Part shown: piece by piece, positions 9,708 through 21,500 of the stretch | Position numbering within the stretch: the stretch's first letter is position 1 | How the letters are laid out: each line of letters starts with the position of its first letter | From: an uncultured Holophagales bacterium | Lineage (GTDB): Bacteria > Acidobacteriota > Thermoanaerobaculia > Multivoradales > UBA5704 | Assembly (NCBI GenBank): GCA_963842525.1 | Contig: CAWJGT010000009.1 | Span: forward strand, 1,600,001-1,664,000 | Length of the DNA: 64,000 nt | Direction of reading: 5' to 3' | Notes under the pieces: model-generated | What the model saw: the letters and a program-made list of their open reading frames with translations, nothing else | Told to the model about the DNA's origin: nothing | The model's database searches: none | Position numbers and translations under genes: made by a program

Positions 9708-12700
9708 GCGGAGTCGACGAGCTCACATGCGCCGAAGGGATCGCCGTCATCGGCATGGCCGGCCGTTTTCCGAAGGCGAGGAATTTTGAGGAGCTCTGGG
9801 ACCTGCTTGCGGCCGGCGAGGAAGCCATTTCATTATTCTCGGCGGAAGAGCTGATGGCTGCCGGTATCGATCCCGCTCTCGTGGCGAACCCGAACTACGT
9901 CAGGGCGGGAGGCGTTCTCGCAGACATCGACCGGTTTGATGCAGAGTTTTTCGGCTTCACGCCGCGTGAGGCTGAGATCACCGATCCACAGGTGCGGGTG
10001 TTCCTGGAATGCGCCTGGGAGGCTCTGGAAAGTGCCGGATATGACAGCGATCGCTACTCTGGATCGGTGGGTGTTTTCGCGGGTAGCAGCTTGAGCCGCT
10101 ATCTCTCGATGCTCCTCGCCAACCCCGAAGTCATGGATCTGGTGGGGAGCTTCCGGGTGCAGATGGGCAATGATAAGGACTTCCTGCCCACCTGGGTCTC
10201 GTATAAGTTGAATCTGCGCGGGCCGAGCTTCGGTATCCAGACCGCCTGTTCAACCTCGCTGGTGGCCGTGCACGTAGCTTGCCAGAGTCTCCTCAATTAC
10301 GAGTGCGACATGGCCTTGGCCGGCGGTGTTTCGATCCGGTTTCTTCGCAAATCGGGTTACCTGTATAAGGAAGGCGGGATCAACTCGTCCGATGGCCACT
10401 GCCGGGCTTTCGACGCTGCGGCGAGCGGCACGGTCAGCGGGGATGGGGCCGGTGTGGTCGTCCTGAAGCGCCTCGGCGACGCCCTGGCGGACCGTGATTC
10501 CATTCACGCCGTCATCCGCGGATCCGCCGTCAACAACGACGGCGGCTTGAAATCCGGTTTTACAGCGCCCAGTGTGGACGGCCAGGCCCGCGTCATCGCG
10601 GAGGCCCTCGCCCTGGCCGGAATCGCGCCCGAAGAGATCCGCTATGTCGAGGCGCACGGCACCGGCACCAGCCTTGGCGATCCCATCGAAGTTGCAGCGT
10701 TGTCGAAGGCTTTCAGGTCCGCAGGACGGGGCTATTGTGCCATCGGTTCCTTAAAAGCGAATATCGGGCATCTGGATACCGCTGCGGGTATCGCGGGCCT
10801 TCTCAAGGCAATCGGGATCCTGAAGCGCCGACAGCTCCCTCCCAGCCTGCATTTCCAGCGCCCGAACCCGGCAATCGATTTCTCCAACAGCCCATTTTAT
10901 GTCAACACACAGCTCGCCGACTGTGAGCTGGAAGGACCGCCCCTGTACGTTGGGGTCAGCTCCTTTGGGATCGGTGGTACGAACGCCCACGTCGTGCTGT
11001 CCGAGGGCCCAACGGCTCCCGCGTCCGAAGATGGGGAGGGCTGGTGCCTCTTGCCCCTGTCAGCCAGGACCACGGAGGCGCTCGACACCGCCACGGCGGA
11101 TCTGGCCTGCCATCTACGTCAGCACCCCGCGCTCGACCTTCGGGACGTGGCCTACACGCTGCAGGTCGGTCGGCGAGCTTTTCGGCATCGGCGTACCCTC
11201 GTCTGCCGATCCGTTCGCGAGGCCTGGCAAGCGTTGGAGGGCCGCGATGTCCAGACGGCGGAGGGGGAAATGCGGGAGCGTCCGATCGTCTTCCTGTTCT
11301 CGGGCCAGGGCGCGCAGCATGTCGGTATGGCAGGCGATCTCTATGCCACGCAACCAGGTTTCCGTGAACAGGTCGACCTCTGCGCGGAGCTTTTCCGGCC
11401 CCATCTTGGCCTCGACTTGCGCGAGATCCTGTACCCGAAGGCGGCGGAGCGCGAGCAGGCAAAGCGGCTCATCGATCGCACCTCTCTCACCCAGCCGACG
11501 CTATTCACGATCGAGTACGCTCTCGCGCGCCTATGGATGCAGTGGGGGCTCGCACCTGGGACGATGCTCGGCCACAGTATCGGCGAATATGTCGCCGCCT
11601 GTCTCGCGGGTGTGTTTTCGCTCGCGGACGCAGCGGCTCTGGTGGCGGTGCGCGGCCGCCTCATGGAAGGGACCCCCGCGGGCGCTATGCTATCGATACC
11701 CCTGCCGCCGGAGGAGATCGAGCCGCTGCTCTTGCAGGACCTCTGGCTGGCCGCGATCAATGGTCCGTCCCTGACAGTGGTTTCGGGTACCACGGAGGCG
11801 ATCGCTGCGCTCGAAGGGGAGCTGAGCGGCCGGGGGCTCCGATGCCGGAGACTGAAGACGTCCAATGCCTTCCACTCCGGCCTTATGGAGGCAGTGCGAG
11901 AACCTTTTCTCGCACTGCTGAAGACGGTGGAGCTGCAACCGCCCGCGATCCGGTTCGTGTCGAATCTAACGGGAACCTGGATCACGCCGCAGGATGCAAT
12001 GCGGCCGGGCTACTGGGTCGAGCACCTGCGCCGTCCAGTCCTCTTCGCACAGGGTCTGCAGACGATTTTGGGGGACTCCGGGGGGATCCTCCTCGAAGTC
12101 GGCCCCGGCTCGACGTTGGTGACCCTGGCGCAGCGACACCCCGATTGTGCTGCGGATCGAGTGATTCTGCCGTCTCTCCCTCACCCGCGAGACGAGGTAT
12201 CGGAGACCGGCTTTCTCCTCGGTACCTTGGGAAGGCTCTGGCTAGCGGGCAGGTCGATCGACTGGCCGGTGATCCATCGCGGGCAGCGACGGCGTCTGCC
12301 TCTGCCGACCTACCCCTTCCAGCGGAAGCGCTACTGGGTGGAGAGCGTGCCGCGAGGCCGGTCCACCTCCACCTCGGCTGCCGAGGTGCGGCAACGCAGG
12401 AAGGAGGTGGCCGAATGGCTCTACCGGCCGTCCTGGAATAGATCCGTGTCTCCGGCCCGCCTCAAGGCCGCGGACGGCATAGGCGCAGAGCGCTGGCTGC
12501 TCCTGCTCGACGAGACGGGCCTCGGGGCAAGGCTGGCCGGGCGCCTCGAAGCCTTGCGGCAAGAGGTGGTGACCATCGTCCTGGGGGATCGCTTCGCGCA
12601 GATCGGTGAAAGCTCCTACGTTCTGGATCGCTCCCAAAGCGCGGCCTACGAGGCCTTGCTGCGCGACCTGCACGCCACGGGCCGGAGCCCGCAAGCGATC

Positions 12701-15611
12701 GTCCACCTGGCAAGCCTTTCCCCTGCAGGCGAGCTCCTGACGAGCGCTGAGGCCTTTTCGCAGCGCCAGGAGTCCGGCTTCTTCAGCCTGCTGTGGCTTG
12801 TACAAGCTTTGGAGTCGCTGAACCACGCCGATCCCCTGCGAATCATTGTGGTGTCGAACGGTCTTCACCACGTGATCGGCCAGGAGTGCCTGTGCCCTGA
12901 AAAAGCGACCCTGCTTGGGCCCTGCCGGGTGATCCCGCAGGAATATCCCTACCTCTCGTGCCGGAATGTCGACCTCATCGTTCCCGAGCCCGGCAGTCCG
13001 CAAGAAGAGGAGCTCCTCGATCGCTTGATCGGGGAGTGTGGACGGGGTGCGGTGGAGCCCACAGTTGCCTATCGCGGTCGTTATCGCTGGGTCGAGGAAT
13101 GGGTACCCTGGCGCGGCTCCCGGGGGTCTGCACGCCTCCGGGAAAAAGGTGTTTATCTGATCACGGGTGGCCTCGGAGAGGTCGGACTGGTGATCGCGGA
13201 GCATCTGGCCCGCACCGTGCAAGCGCGGCTCGTCCTCACCCGTTTATCCGCCTTCCCGCCTCGTGATCGATGGGACGCCTGGCTCGCAGAATACGGGGAG
13301 GGAGACTTGGTGAGCCGAAAGATTCGCAAGCTGCGGGCGATCGAGCAGTTGGGGGCGGAGGTAGAGGTCGCCAGCCTGGACGTGGCTGATCTCCCCGCGA
13401 TGCGCGGTCTGCTGACAAGGATCGAGACGCGCTTCGGCACGCTGCACGGAGTTGTGCATGCCGCAGGCACCGTCGGGGGCCGGGTCTTTCGATCGATCGC
13501 AGAGACCGGGCAGGAGCAGGCGGACCTGCAGTTTCGTGCCAAGGTGCGGGGAGTGTATGTCCTTGAGGAGGTGCTGCGCGACCGATCGCTTGATTTTTGT
13601 CTGCTGATGTCCTCTCTGTCCTCTGTTCTCGGTGGCCTGGGCTTCGCCGCTTACGCAGGCGCGAACCTGTTCATGGACGCTTTCGCTGAGCTCCAGCAGC
13701 AGAAGGGAGTAGGGAGCTGGATCAGCGTGAACTGGGATGGTTGGCAGGTGAGCGAACGCCGAGAAGCGGAAGCTGAGGAACCGACCTACTCCGCCATCCG
13801 GCCGGCCGAGGGGCGGGAAGCCCTCGATCTGATCTTGGGGCTGGAGGACCTGGCCCGGGTCGCTGTCTCGACGACGGATCTCGAGGCCAGGAGCGCGCGG
13901 TGGGCCCGTCGCGAGCCGCAGGACGAGACCGGCGGCTCCCGGGAACCGGTCCCTGAGAGAGCTCCCCACCGCGGCGTTGCGGATACCATTCGAGGGATTT
14001 GGCAGGACCTGCTCGGTCTCGATCAGGTTGAGCTCGAAGACAACTTCTTCAAGCTCGGCGGAGACTCCTTGCTAGCGACCCAGTTGATCGCCAAGCTGCG
14101 ACAGGCGACCGGAGTCGCCATCCGTCTGCGGATGGTCTTCGAGACGCCGACGCTGGCCGCCCTCGCCGCGGTGATCGCCGCAGCCAGGACAGACCAGACG
14201 CTGGAGCGGCCCCCCATCAAGCCCGCGCCGCACGACCGCGAGCGTCCCCTCTCTTTCTCGCAGCAGCGTCTCTGGTTCCTGGAGCAGCTGGAGTTCGAAG
14301 TGCCTCCCTACAATACGTTTTCCGCCTTCCGACTGGCGGGTCAGCTCGACTTCGGCGCGCTCGCGGGCAGCCTCACCGAGATCGTGCGGCGGCACAGTGC
14401 CCTTCGCACCGTCTTCCTCGCTGCGGAGGGCCGGCCGTTCCAGGTCGTCGCTCCGGCCGAGGAGGTCAACCTGCCTCAGGTGGATCTGCAGGGCCTGCCC
14501 CGGGCCGAGCGTGAAGGCGAAGCCGAACGGCTGGCCGCCGCCGCCGCTGTCCAGCGTTTTGATCTCGTCAACGGACCGCTGCTCAAGGCCACGCTGCTGC
14601 GGCTGGAAGGAGCGGAATCCGTGATCCTGCTGGCGGTTCACCACATCGTCTGTGATGGCTGGTCCGTGGGGATCTTCACCCGCGAGCCTCCAGGTCCTCT
14701 ACGAAGCTCTCTCGCAAGGTCGCCTCTCCCCCTTGCCTGAGCTGCCGGTGCAATACGTGGACTACGCCGCCTGGCAGCGCGAGTGGTTGCAGGGCGAGGT
14801 GCTCGATCGACAGCTCGCTTACTGGCGGCGCCAACTAGCCAGTCTGGCCGATCTCGAGCTGCCGCTCGACCACCCTCGCCCGCGGCGCCAGACCTTCCGT
14901 GGCGCGCTGGAATTCCTGCGCCTGAGCGAATCGCTGAGCCGGGCGTTGAACGAACTGAGCCAACGGCTGGAGGTGACGCTCTTCATGGTCCTCCTCGCAG
15001 CGTTCAAGGTCCTTCTCTATCGTTACACCGGGCAGGAAGACATCGCAGTCGGTACCAATGTGGCAAACCGCAGCTGCGCTGAAATTGAAGGGCTGATCGG
15101 ATTCTTCGTCAACAACCTCGTGCTGAGGACGGATCTGTCGGGTGCCCCGTCCTTTGTGGAGGTCGTCCACCGGGTCGCCAAGACTTCTCTCGCCGCTTAC
15201 GAGCACCAGGATCTCCCTTTCGAGAGGGTCGTTGAGGAGCTGCGGCCGGAGCGGAACCCCGGCCGGCCACCCCTGTGTCAGATCCTGTTCGTTCTCCAGG
15301 TCGCCGCACAGCAGGAGCTGCGCCTGCCTGGACTGTCCATCGCGCCTTTCAGGACCCCAAGGAGGAGCGCGGCTTTCGATCTGCTGCTGAACATGAGAGA
15401 GGACGAGCAGTCCTTGAGTGGCACTCTGGAATACAACGTCGATCTTTTTGAACCTTCGACGATACAGGAGATGTTGCGTCGTTTCACCAAGCTCCTGGAA
15501 AGCGTGGTTGCCGATCCGTGGCAGCGGATCTCCTCTCTGGCGCTGCTGGAGTCTGGGGAGGAAGCCGTCCTGACCAACGGTTTTGCCGACGATCTCTGCG
15601 AGATGATGTAG
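9704..15611 (+). CDS. Hybrid type I PKS-NRPS: KS-AT(malonyl-type)-KR-ACP-C, one frameshift near 14687
   Basis: KS TACSTS/HGTGT/NIGHLD; AT GHSIG and NAFHS; KR GGLGEVG and YAGAN; ACP GGDSL; C domain HHIVCDGWS. ORF 9704..14740 continues in ORF 14652..15611 if one C is removed from cgcgagcctccag (giving IFTRELQVLYEAL). Start overlaps the upstream stop (ATGA). Confidence 0.93.
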
Positions 15612-15640
15612 CGGCGTCTAGAAGGAAGGAAGCCCGATCC

Positions 15641-17508
15641 ATGTGCGGTATTACTGGCCTTTTCGATCTGCGTCAACAGTCCAGGATCGATCAAGGCACT
15701 CTTGGCAGAATGGCGCGGAGTATCGTCCACCGGGGGCCGGACTCGGAGGGATATTTCGTCGAAGGCAATGTGGCGCTCGCCTCGCAGCGGCTCAGCATTA
15801 TCGATCTTGAAGGCGGCCATCAGCCCTTATACAACGAGGACAGTTCCCTGGTCCTGGTCTGCAACGCCGAGATCTTCAACTATCGCGAGCTGCGACAGGA
15901 CCTCATCCGGCGCGGTCACAGCTTTCGCACCCGTTGTGACATAGAAGTCTTGCTGCACCTCTACGAGGAGGAGGGGAGCGGTTTCCTCGCCGGCCTCAAC
16001 GCCCAGTTCGCTTTCGCGCTCTACGACCGGAACCAAAGGACGCTCTTGCTCGCTCGCGACCACTTTGGGATCAACCCGCTTTACTTCGGAGTGTTCGATG
16101 GATTCTTCATCTTCGGTTCGGAGATCAAGGCGATCCTGCAGCATCCGGCGGCGCGCAGAGAGGTCGATCTCACCGGGCTCGATCAGATCTTTTCCTTTCC
16201 CGGTCTGGTGAGCCCGCGGACGATGTTCAAAGGGATCTCCAGCCTCAAGAGCGGTCACTACATGATCGTCAAGGACGGCTGTGTGACAGTACGGGAGTAC
16301 TGGGATCTCGAATATCCGAAGGTCGGTGAGGAGCCGGAGGAGCGCACGGAGGAATACTATGTGGAACGACTGCGGGAGTTGTTTTTCGATTCCGTGCTCC
16401 GGCGCCTCCAGGCTGATGTACCGGTCGGCTTTTATCTGAGTGGCGGCCTGGACTCGTCGCTGATCGCCGCCGCCATCGGCTCTGTATGCCCCGGGAGCGC
16501 CCGGCGTTCCTTTTCGATCGACTTCGCCGATCGCAATATGTCTGAGGCACAGAGCCAGGACCTGATGGCCATGCACGTCGGGTCGGTGCATGAACGGATC
16601 GTGTTTGACTGGCGCGCGACCAGTGAACGGCTGCCGCGGATGATCTACCACAGTGAGTGTCCGGTCAAGGAGACCTATAACACCTGTACCCTGGCGCTCT
16701 CGGAGGCAGCGCGGCGGGCCGGCGTCCCGGTCGTGCTGACGGGGGAAGGAGCGGATGAGCTCTTCGCCGGCTATGTCGGCTATCGCTTCGATTCCTTTCG
16801 GCAGCACAAGGAGAAGCGGTACGACCTTGAGACCATCTTGGAGGATGAGATCCGGGAGCGGATCTGGGGCAGCAAAGAGATCTTCTACGAGATCGATCAC
16901 CACGCTTTCTGCGAGACCAAGGGAGCGCTTTACAGTTGTGGTGTCAACGAGACCTTTCCGGAGTTCGACTGCCTGCGCCACGAGCTGGTCGACAAGGAGC
17001 GGCTGCGAGACCGGCACCCCATCAACAGGCGTTCGTATCTGGACTTCCACCTGCGGCTTGCGGACCATCTGCTCGCCGATCATGGTGACCGGATGGCACT
17101 CGCGCACTCTGTTGAGGGACGCCATCCCTTCCTCGACCTGCAGCTCGTCGAGTTCTGCCGGGAGCTCCTCCCCATTTCAAGATCAATAACATGCAGGAGA
17201 AATATATTCTCCGTAAGGTCGCGGCGGGGCTCATACCGGAACAGATCGCCAGCCGTGAGAAGTTCGGCTGGTTCTCCTCGGGCAGTTGCGATCTTCTGCA
17301 GGAGAACGATGCGTGGGCTCTGGACATGCTCTCTTATGAGCGCATCCGACGCCAGGGCTATTTCAACCCTGACACTGTGGAGAGGCTCAAGCGGCAGTAT
17401 GCGCGGCGGGGCTTCAAGCTCAACTTCCCGTTCGAGAGCGACCTGCTGATGATTGTCCTGACCTTCGGTTTGTTGCTCGATCTCTTCGAGTTGCCCGCTT
17501 TTGGCTAA
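15641..17508 (+). CDS. asnB: Asparagine synthetase (glutamine-hydrolysing)-like amidotransferase, frameshift near 17166
   Basis: N-terminal MCGI (Ntn Cys), HRGPD, LSGGLDSS, TGEGADELFAGY. The C-terminus (EKYILRK...) lies in ORF 17191..17508 and is joined by adding one C. Confidence 0.92.
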
Positions 17509-17528
17509 GAGCGATCAGGAGGCCTGCA

Positions 17529-18518
17529 ATGAAAGAGTACGTCTTCGATCCGGAACAGGGCCTGCCCCTGATCATCGAGGCCGCGGTTTCAGCCAGCGGC
17601 CCGCCGAGCCTCGACCTCCTCTCCACCCGGGTACAGCAGAACGCAGAGCGTGTCGAGACGATGCTTCTGCACCATGGCGCCTTGCTCTGGCGCGGCTTCG
17701 GAGTCAAGACTCCGGCAGGCTTCCGGCGGTTCGTCCGCTCCGTTGCCGGAGATCTCCTTGACTATGTGGACGGCAATTCGCCGCGGACCAAGCTGGCAAG
17801 CGGTGTCTATACGTCGACGGAGTACCCCCCGGAGTACTTCATCTCGCTGCACAATGAGCTGTCCTATTCTCACCGCTGGCCGGGGAGGCTCTTCTTCTGC
17901 TGCATCACGGCACCAGAGGCCCAGGGAGAGACGGTGATCGCCGACAGCCGCGCCATCCTCGCAGCGCTCAGCCCGGATCTGGTTGAGGAGTTCAAGCGGA
18001 AAAAGGTCAAGTACATCCGCAACCTGCATGGCGGGGAGGGGTTCGGGCCCTCGTGGCAAGAGACTTTCGAGACCCGCGACCGCGCGACGGTGGAGAGTTA
18101 CTGCCAGGAGGCAGGGATGAGCTACGAGTGGAAAGAGGGCGGTGTGCTCAAGGTCAGTCACACGCGCCCTGCGGTCGCGCAGCATCCCAAGACCGGCGAG
18201 TGGGTCTGGTTCAATCAGGCGGACCAGTTCCATCCTTCGACCCATCCCCAAGGGATCTATGAGGCTCTCATGTCGCTGTACCGGAATCGCGAGGAGAACC
18301 TGCCGCAGAACGTCTGCTTTGGAGACGACACGCAGATCGATATCGCGATGCTGGAGGAGGTCCGCGCCGTGACCCGTCGCCTTGCCGTGTATTTTCCTTG
18401 GTGCGAAGGGGACGTCCTGATGCTGGACAACATGCTCGTCTGCCACGGCAGGGCGCCGTTCTCGGGCCCGCGCAAGATTCTTGTCTCCATGGCGGACGTC
18501 CAAGGCGGTGAGAGTTGA
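17529..18518 (+). CDS. TauD/TfdA-family Fe(II)/2-oxoglutarate dioxygenase (SyrP-like, probable beta-hydroxylase)
   Basis: YTSTEYP...LHNELSY (HxE), WFNQA and DNMLVCHGR motifs typical of NRPS-associated SyrP-like enzymes. Confidence 0.9.
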   Translation: MKEYVFDPEQGLPLIIEAAVSASGPPSLDLLSTRVQQNAERVETMLLHHGALLWRGFGVKTPAGFRRFVRSVAGDLLDYVDGNSPRTKLASGVYTSTEYPPEYFISLHNELSYSHRWPGRLFFCCITAPEAQGETVIADSRAILAALSPDLVEEFKRKKVKYIRNLHGGEGFGPSWQETFETRDRATVESYCQEAGMSYEWKEGGVLKVSHTRPAVAQHPKTGEWVWFNQADQFHPSTHPQGIYEALMSLYRNREENLPQNVCFGDDTQIDIAMLEEVRAVTRRLAVYFPWCEGDVLMLDNMLVCHGRAPFSGPRKILVSMADVQGGES

Positions 18519-18533
18519 ATAGCAGGAGGAGCC

Positions 18534-21500
18534 ATGAGCTTTGAGAGCATCCAGGATCTCTTTTCTCGTGCTGCCGAGAGGAACCTCGATCGGATCGCGA
18601 TCGATCAGGATGGCAACCCCTTCACCTATCGCGAGCTCGAGGCGAAGTCGAACCGGCTGGGCAACCTCCTGATCGGGCGCGGTGCGGCGCGAGGCAGTGT
18701 CGTCGGTCTGCTCGCGGACCAGCGTTCTACCGTCATCATCGGAACCTTGGGTATTCTGAAAGCGGGATGCACTTTCGTGCCGCTCGACCCCAGCGTACCC
18801 AAGGCTCGCCTCAGGCAGATGGTCACGGAGGCTGCGCCGGACTGGTTCGTGTGCGAAACGGAGGAGCTTCTCCTGCTGGCGCAGATCGCACCTGCCGGAG
18901 TGCCTGCGATCTGTTTGGACAGCACGGGGGAAGAGGACGGAGCGGGCGGCGCACACCTCGGCGCCGACACCGCCAGACCCGCCGTGGCCTCCGATCCCGA
19001 CGACATGGCCTACATCTATTTCACCTCCGGCTCGACCGGCCGGCCGAAAGGGATCGCGGGACGGCTCAAGGCGATCGATCATTTCATCCGTTGGGAGATC
19101 GAGACGCTCGGCCTCCAGCCCGGATGCCGGGTGAGCCAGCTCACCACGCCAGCCTTCGACGCCTTCCTGCGCGACGTCTTCGTCCCGCTCTGCGCCGGTG
19201 GCGCCGTTTGCGTCCCCGAGAGCCGCGGCATTGTGCTGGACGCACAGCGGCTCGTGGACTGGATCGACCTTGCAGAGATTGAGCTGATCCATTGTGTACC
19301 TTCGCTCTTCCGGTCGATCCTCAACGCGGACCTGAATCCCGATTACTTCGCGGCCTTGCGGTACATCCTGCTGGCGGGTGAGCCCCTGCTGCCGGCCGAT
19401 GTCGCCCGATGGATGAAGGTCTTCGGCGAGCGCGTCCAGTTGGTGAACCTGTACGGACCGACTGAGACCACAATGACGAAGCTCTTCCATTTCGTCACGG
19501 CTGCTGACTGCGAGCACAAGTCGGTTCCCATCGGCAAGCCCATGCCCGGCGCGCGAGCCCAGGTCATCGGCCCGGATGGCAAGGCCTGTGCGCCGGGTAC
19601 CGTGGGTGAGATCTATATCCGGACCCCTTTCCGCTCACTGGGTTATTATCGCCAGCCGGAGATGACCGCGGAGGTCTTTGTCAAGAATCCCTTCACCCAG
19701 GATCCCTCCGACCTTCTGTACCGTACGGGAGACCTTGGACGGGTCCTGCCGGACGGGAGCTTCGAATTCCTCGGGCGCAAGGACAACCAGGTGAAGATCC
19801 GCGGCGTTCGGGTGGAGCTGGGTGAGATCGAGAACCTCTTGCGCACGCATGAGATGGTCGAGGACGTCGCAGTTGTGGACCGTGAAGACAACAACGGGAT
19901 GAAGTCGCTCTGCGCATACCTGGTTCTGAAGCACCCGATCGAACCCGGCGCTCTGCGAGAGCTCCTGCTCGCTTCCTTGCCGGACGTGCTCGTGCCTTCC
20001 CGTTTCGTTGTCTTGGAGGAGCTGCCGCGCACGCTCACGGGCAAGGTGGACCGCAAGGCCCTGCCTGCGCCGGAGTCTCAGCTCTCCAACTCGGCGGGCT
20101 TCGTAGAACCTCGCTCGCTCGCCGAGCAGCTGCTGGCCGGGATCTGGTGTGATCTGCTCGGAATCCAGAGGGTCGGGATCCACCACAGCTTTTTCGAGGT
20201 CGGAGGCCACTCGCTGCTGGCCACCCAGCTCCTCTCGCGGATCCGCTCTACCTTTGAGGTCGAGCTGCCGCTGGGCCAGATGTTTGAGGCCCCTACCATC
20301 GCCGGGCTGGCAGCGAGCATCGAGGCGGCCCGCCAGAAAGTGGGGGCGGTGCAGGCACCGCCGCTGCGGCCCGTGCCGCGCGACAGGAGATTGCCTCTGT
20401 CCTTCGCCCAACAGCGGCTCTGGTTTCTCGACCGGCTGGAGCCGGCAAACCCAGCCTACAACATCCCGCACGCCGTGCTGCTCGTCGGGCCCCTGGACCT
20501 TGCCGCGATGCAGCGGGGGCTCGAGGCGATCTTCCGGTGCCACGAAGCCCTCCGTACGATCTTTCCTCTGACAGACGGGGAGCCAGCCCAGGTCGTCTGT
20601 GCTGCCGGAGCCGTGCCGCTGCCGGTTGTGGATCTCCGCGGATTGTCCGGGGTGCCGCTCGCGGCCGAGCGAGCGCGCCTGACTGCGGAGGAGGCCGTCC
20701 GCCCGTTTCTTCTCTCCCGCGACCGGATGTTACGTGCCCTGTTGCTGCGCACAGGTGAGGCGGAGCACGTGCTGCTGTTGACCATGCACCATATCGCTTC
20801 CGACGCATGGTCGATGTCCCTGCTGGTCCGGGAGTGGATGAGCTTCTATCTGGCATTCGCAGCCGGACTCTCCCCATCCTTGAGCCCTCTCCTGATCCAG
20901 TACGCGGATTTCTCCTGCTGGCAACGTGAGTGGCTGCAGGGAGAGACCAAGGAGGCGCTGGTCCACTACTGGAAACGTCAACTGGCCGGCTGCCCGCCTT
21001 TCCTGGATCTGCCGACGGATCGTCCCCGGCCCGCCGTCCAGAGCTTCCCGCGGGTCGTTCGTGGGATTCCGCCTGAGCCGCCGCCTGCGAGAGGACCTCG
21101 AAAGGTTGAGCCGCAGCAAGAATACAACCCTGTTCATGACGTTGCTGGCGTCTTTCCAGATCCTGCTGTCCCGCTGTACGGGGCGGGAAGACATCGTCGT
21201 CGGGACCCCGACCGCCGGGCGCAACCGGGCAGAGCTCGAGCAGATCATCGGTTTCTTCATCAATCCGGTCGTGCTGCGGCTCGATCTCGGCGGGAGACCG
21301 ACTTTGACCGAGCTCCTCGGCCGGACGCGCCGTGTGGTCCTCGGTGCCTTGGCTCATCAGGATCTTCCTTTCGAGATCCTGGTCGAGGAGCTGCGGCCGT
21401 TGCGGGACCGCAGCCGCGCACCGGTCTACCAGGTGGCGTTCGGCCTCCAGAACGTCCCTGCGGCCCAGGTGAGCATGCGCGACGTCGACCTGCGGAGCCT

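Noticed and set aside
14680-21050. Programmed frameshifting in the cluster genes
   Set aside because: No slippery heptamers at the breaks, and similar indels occur in unrelated genes.
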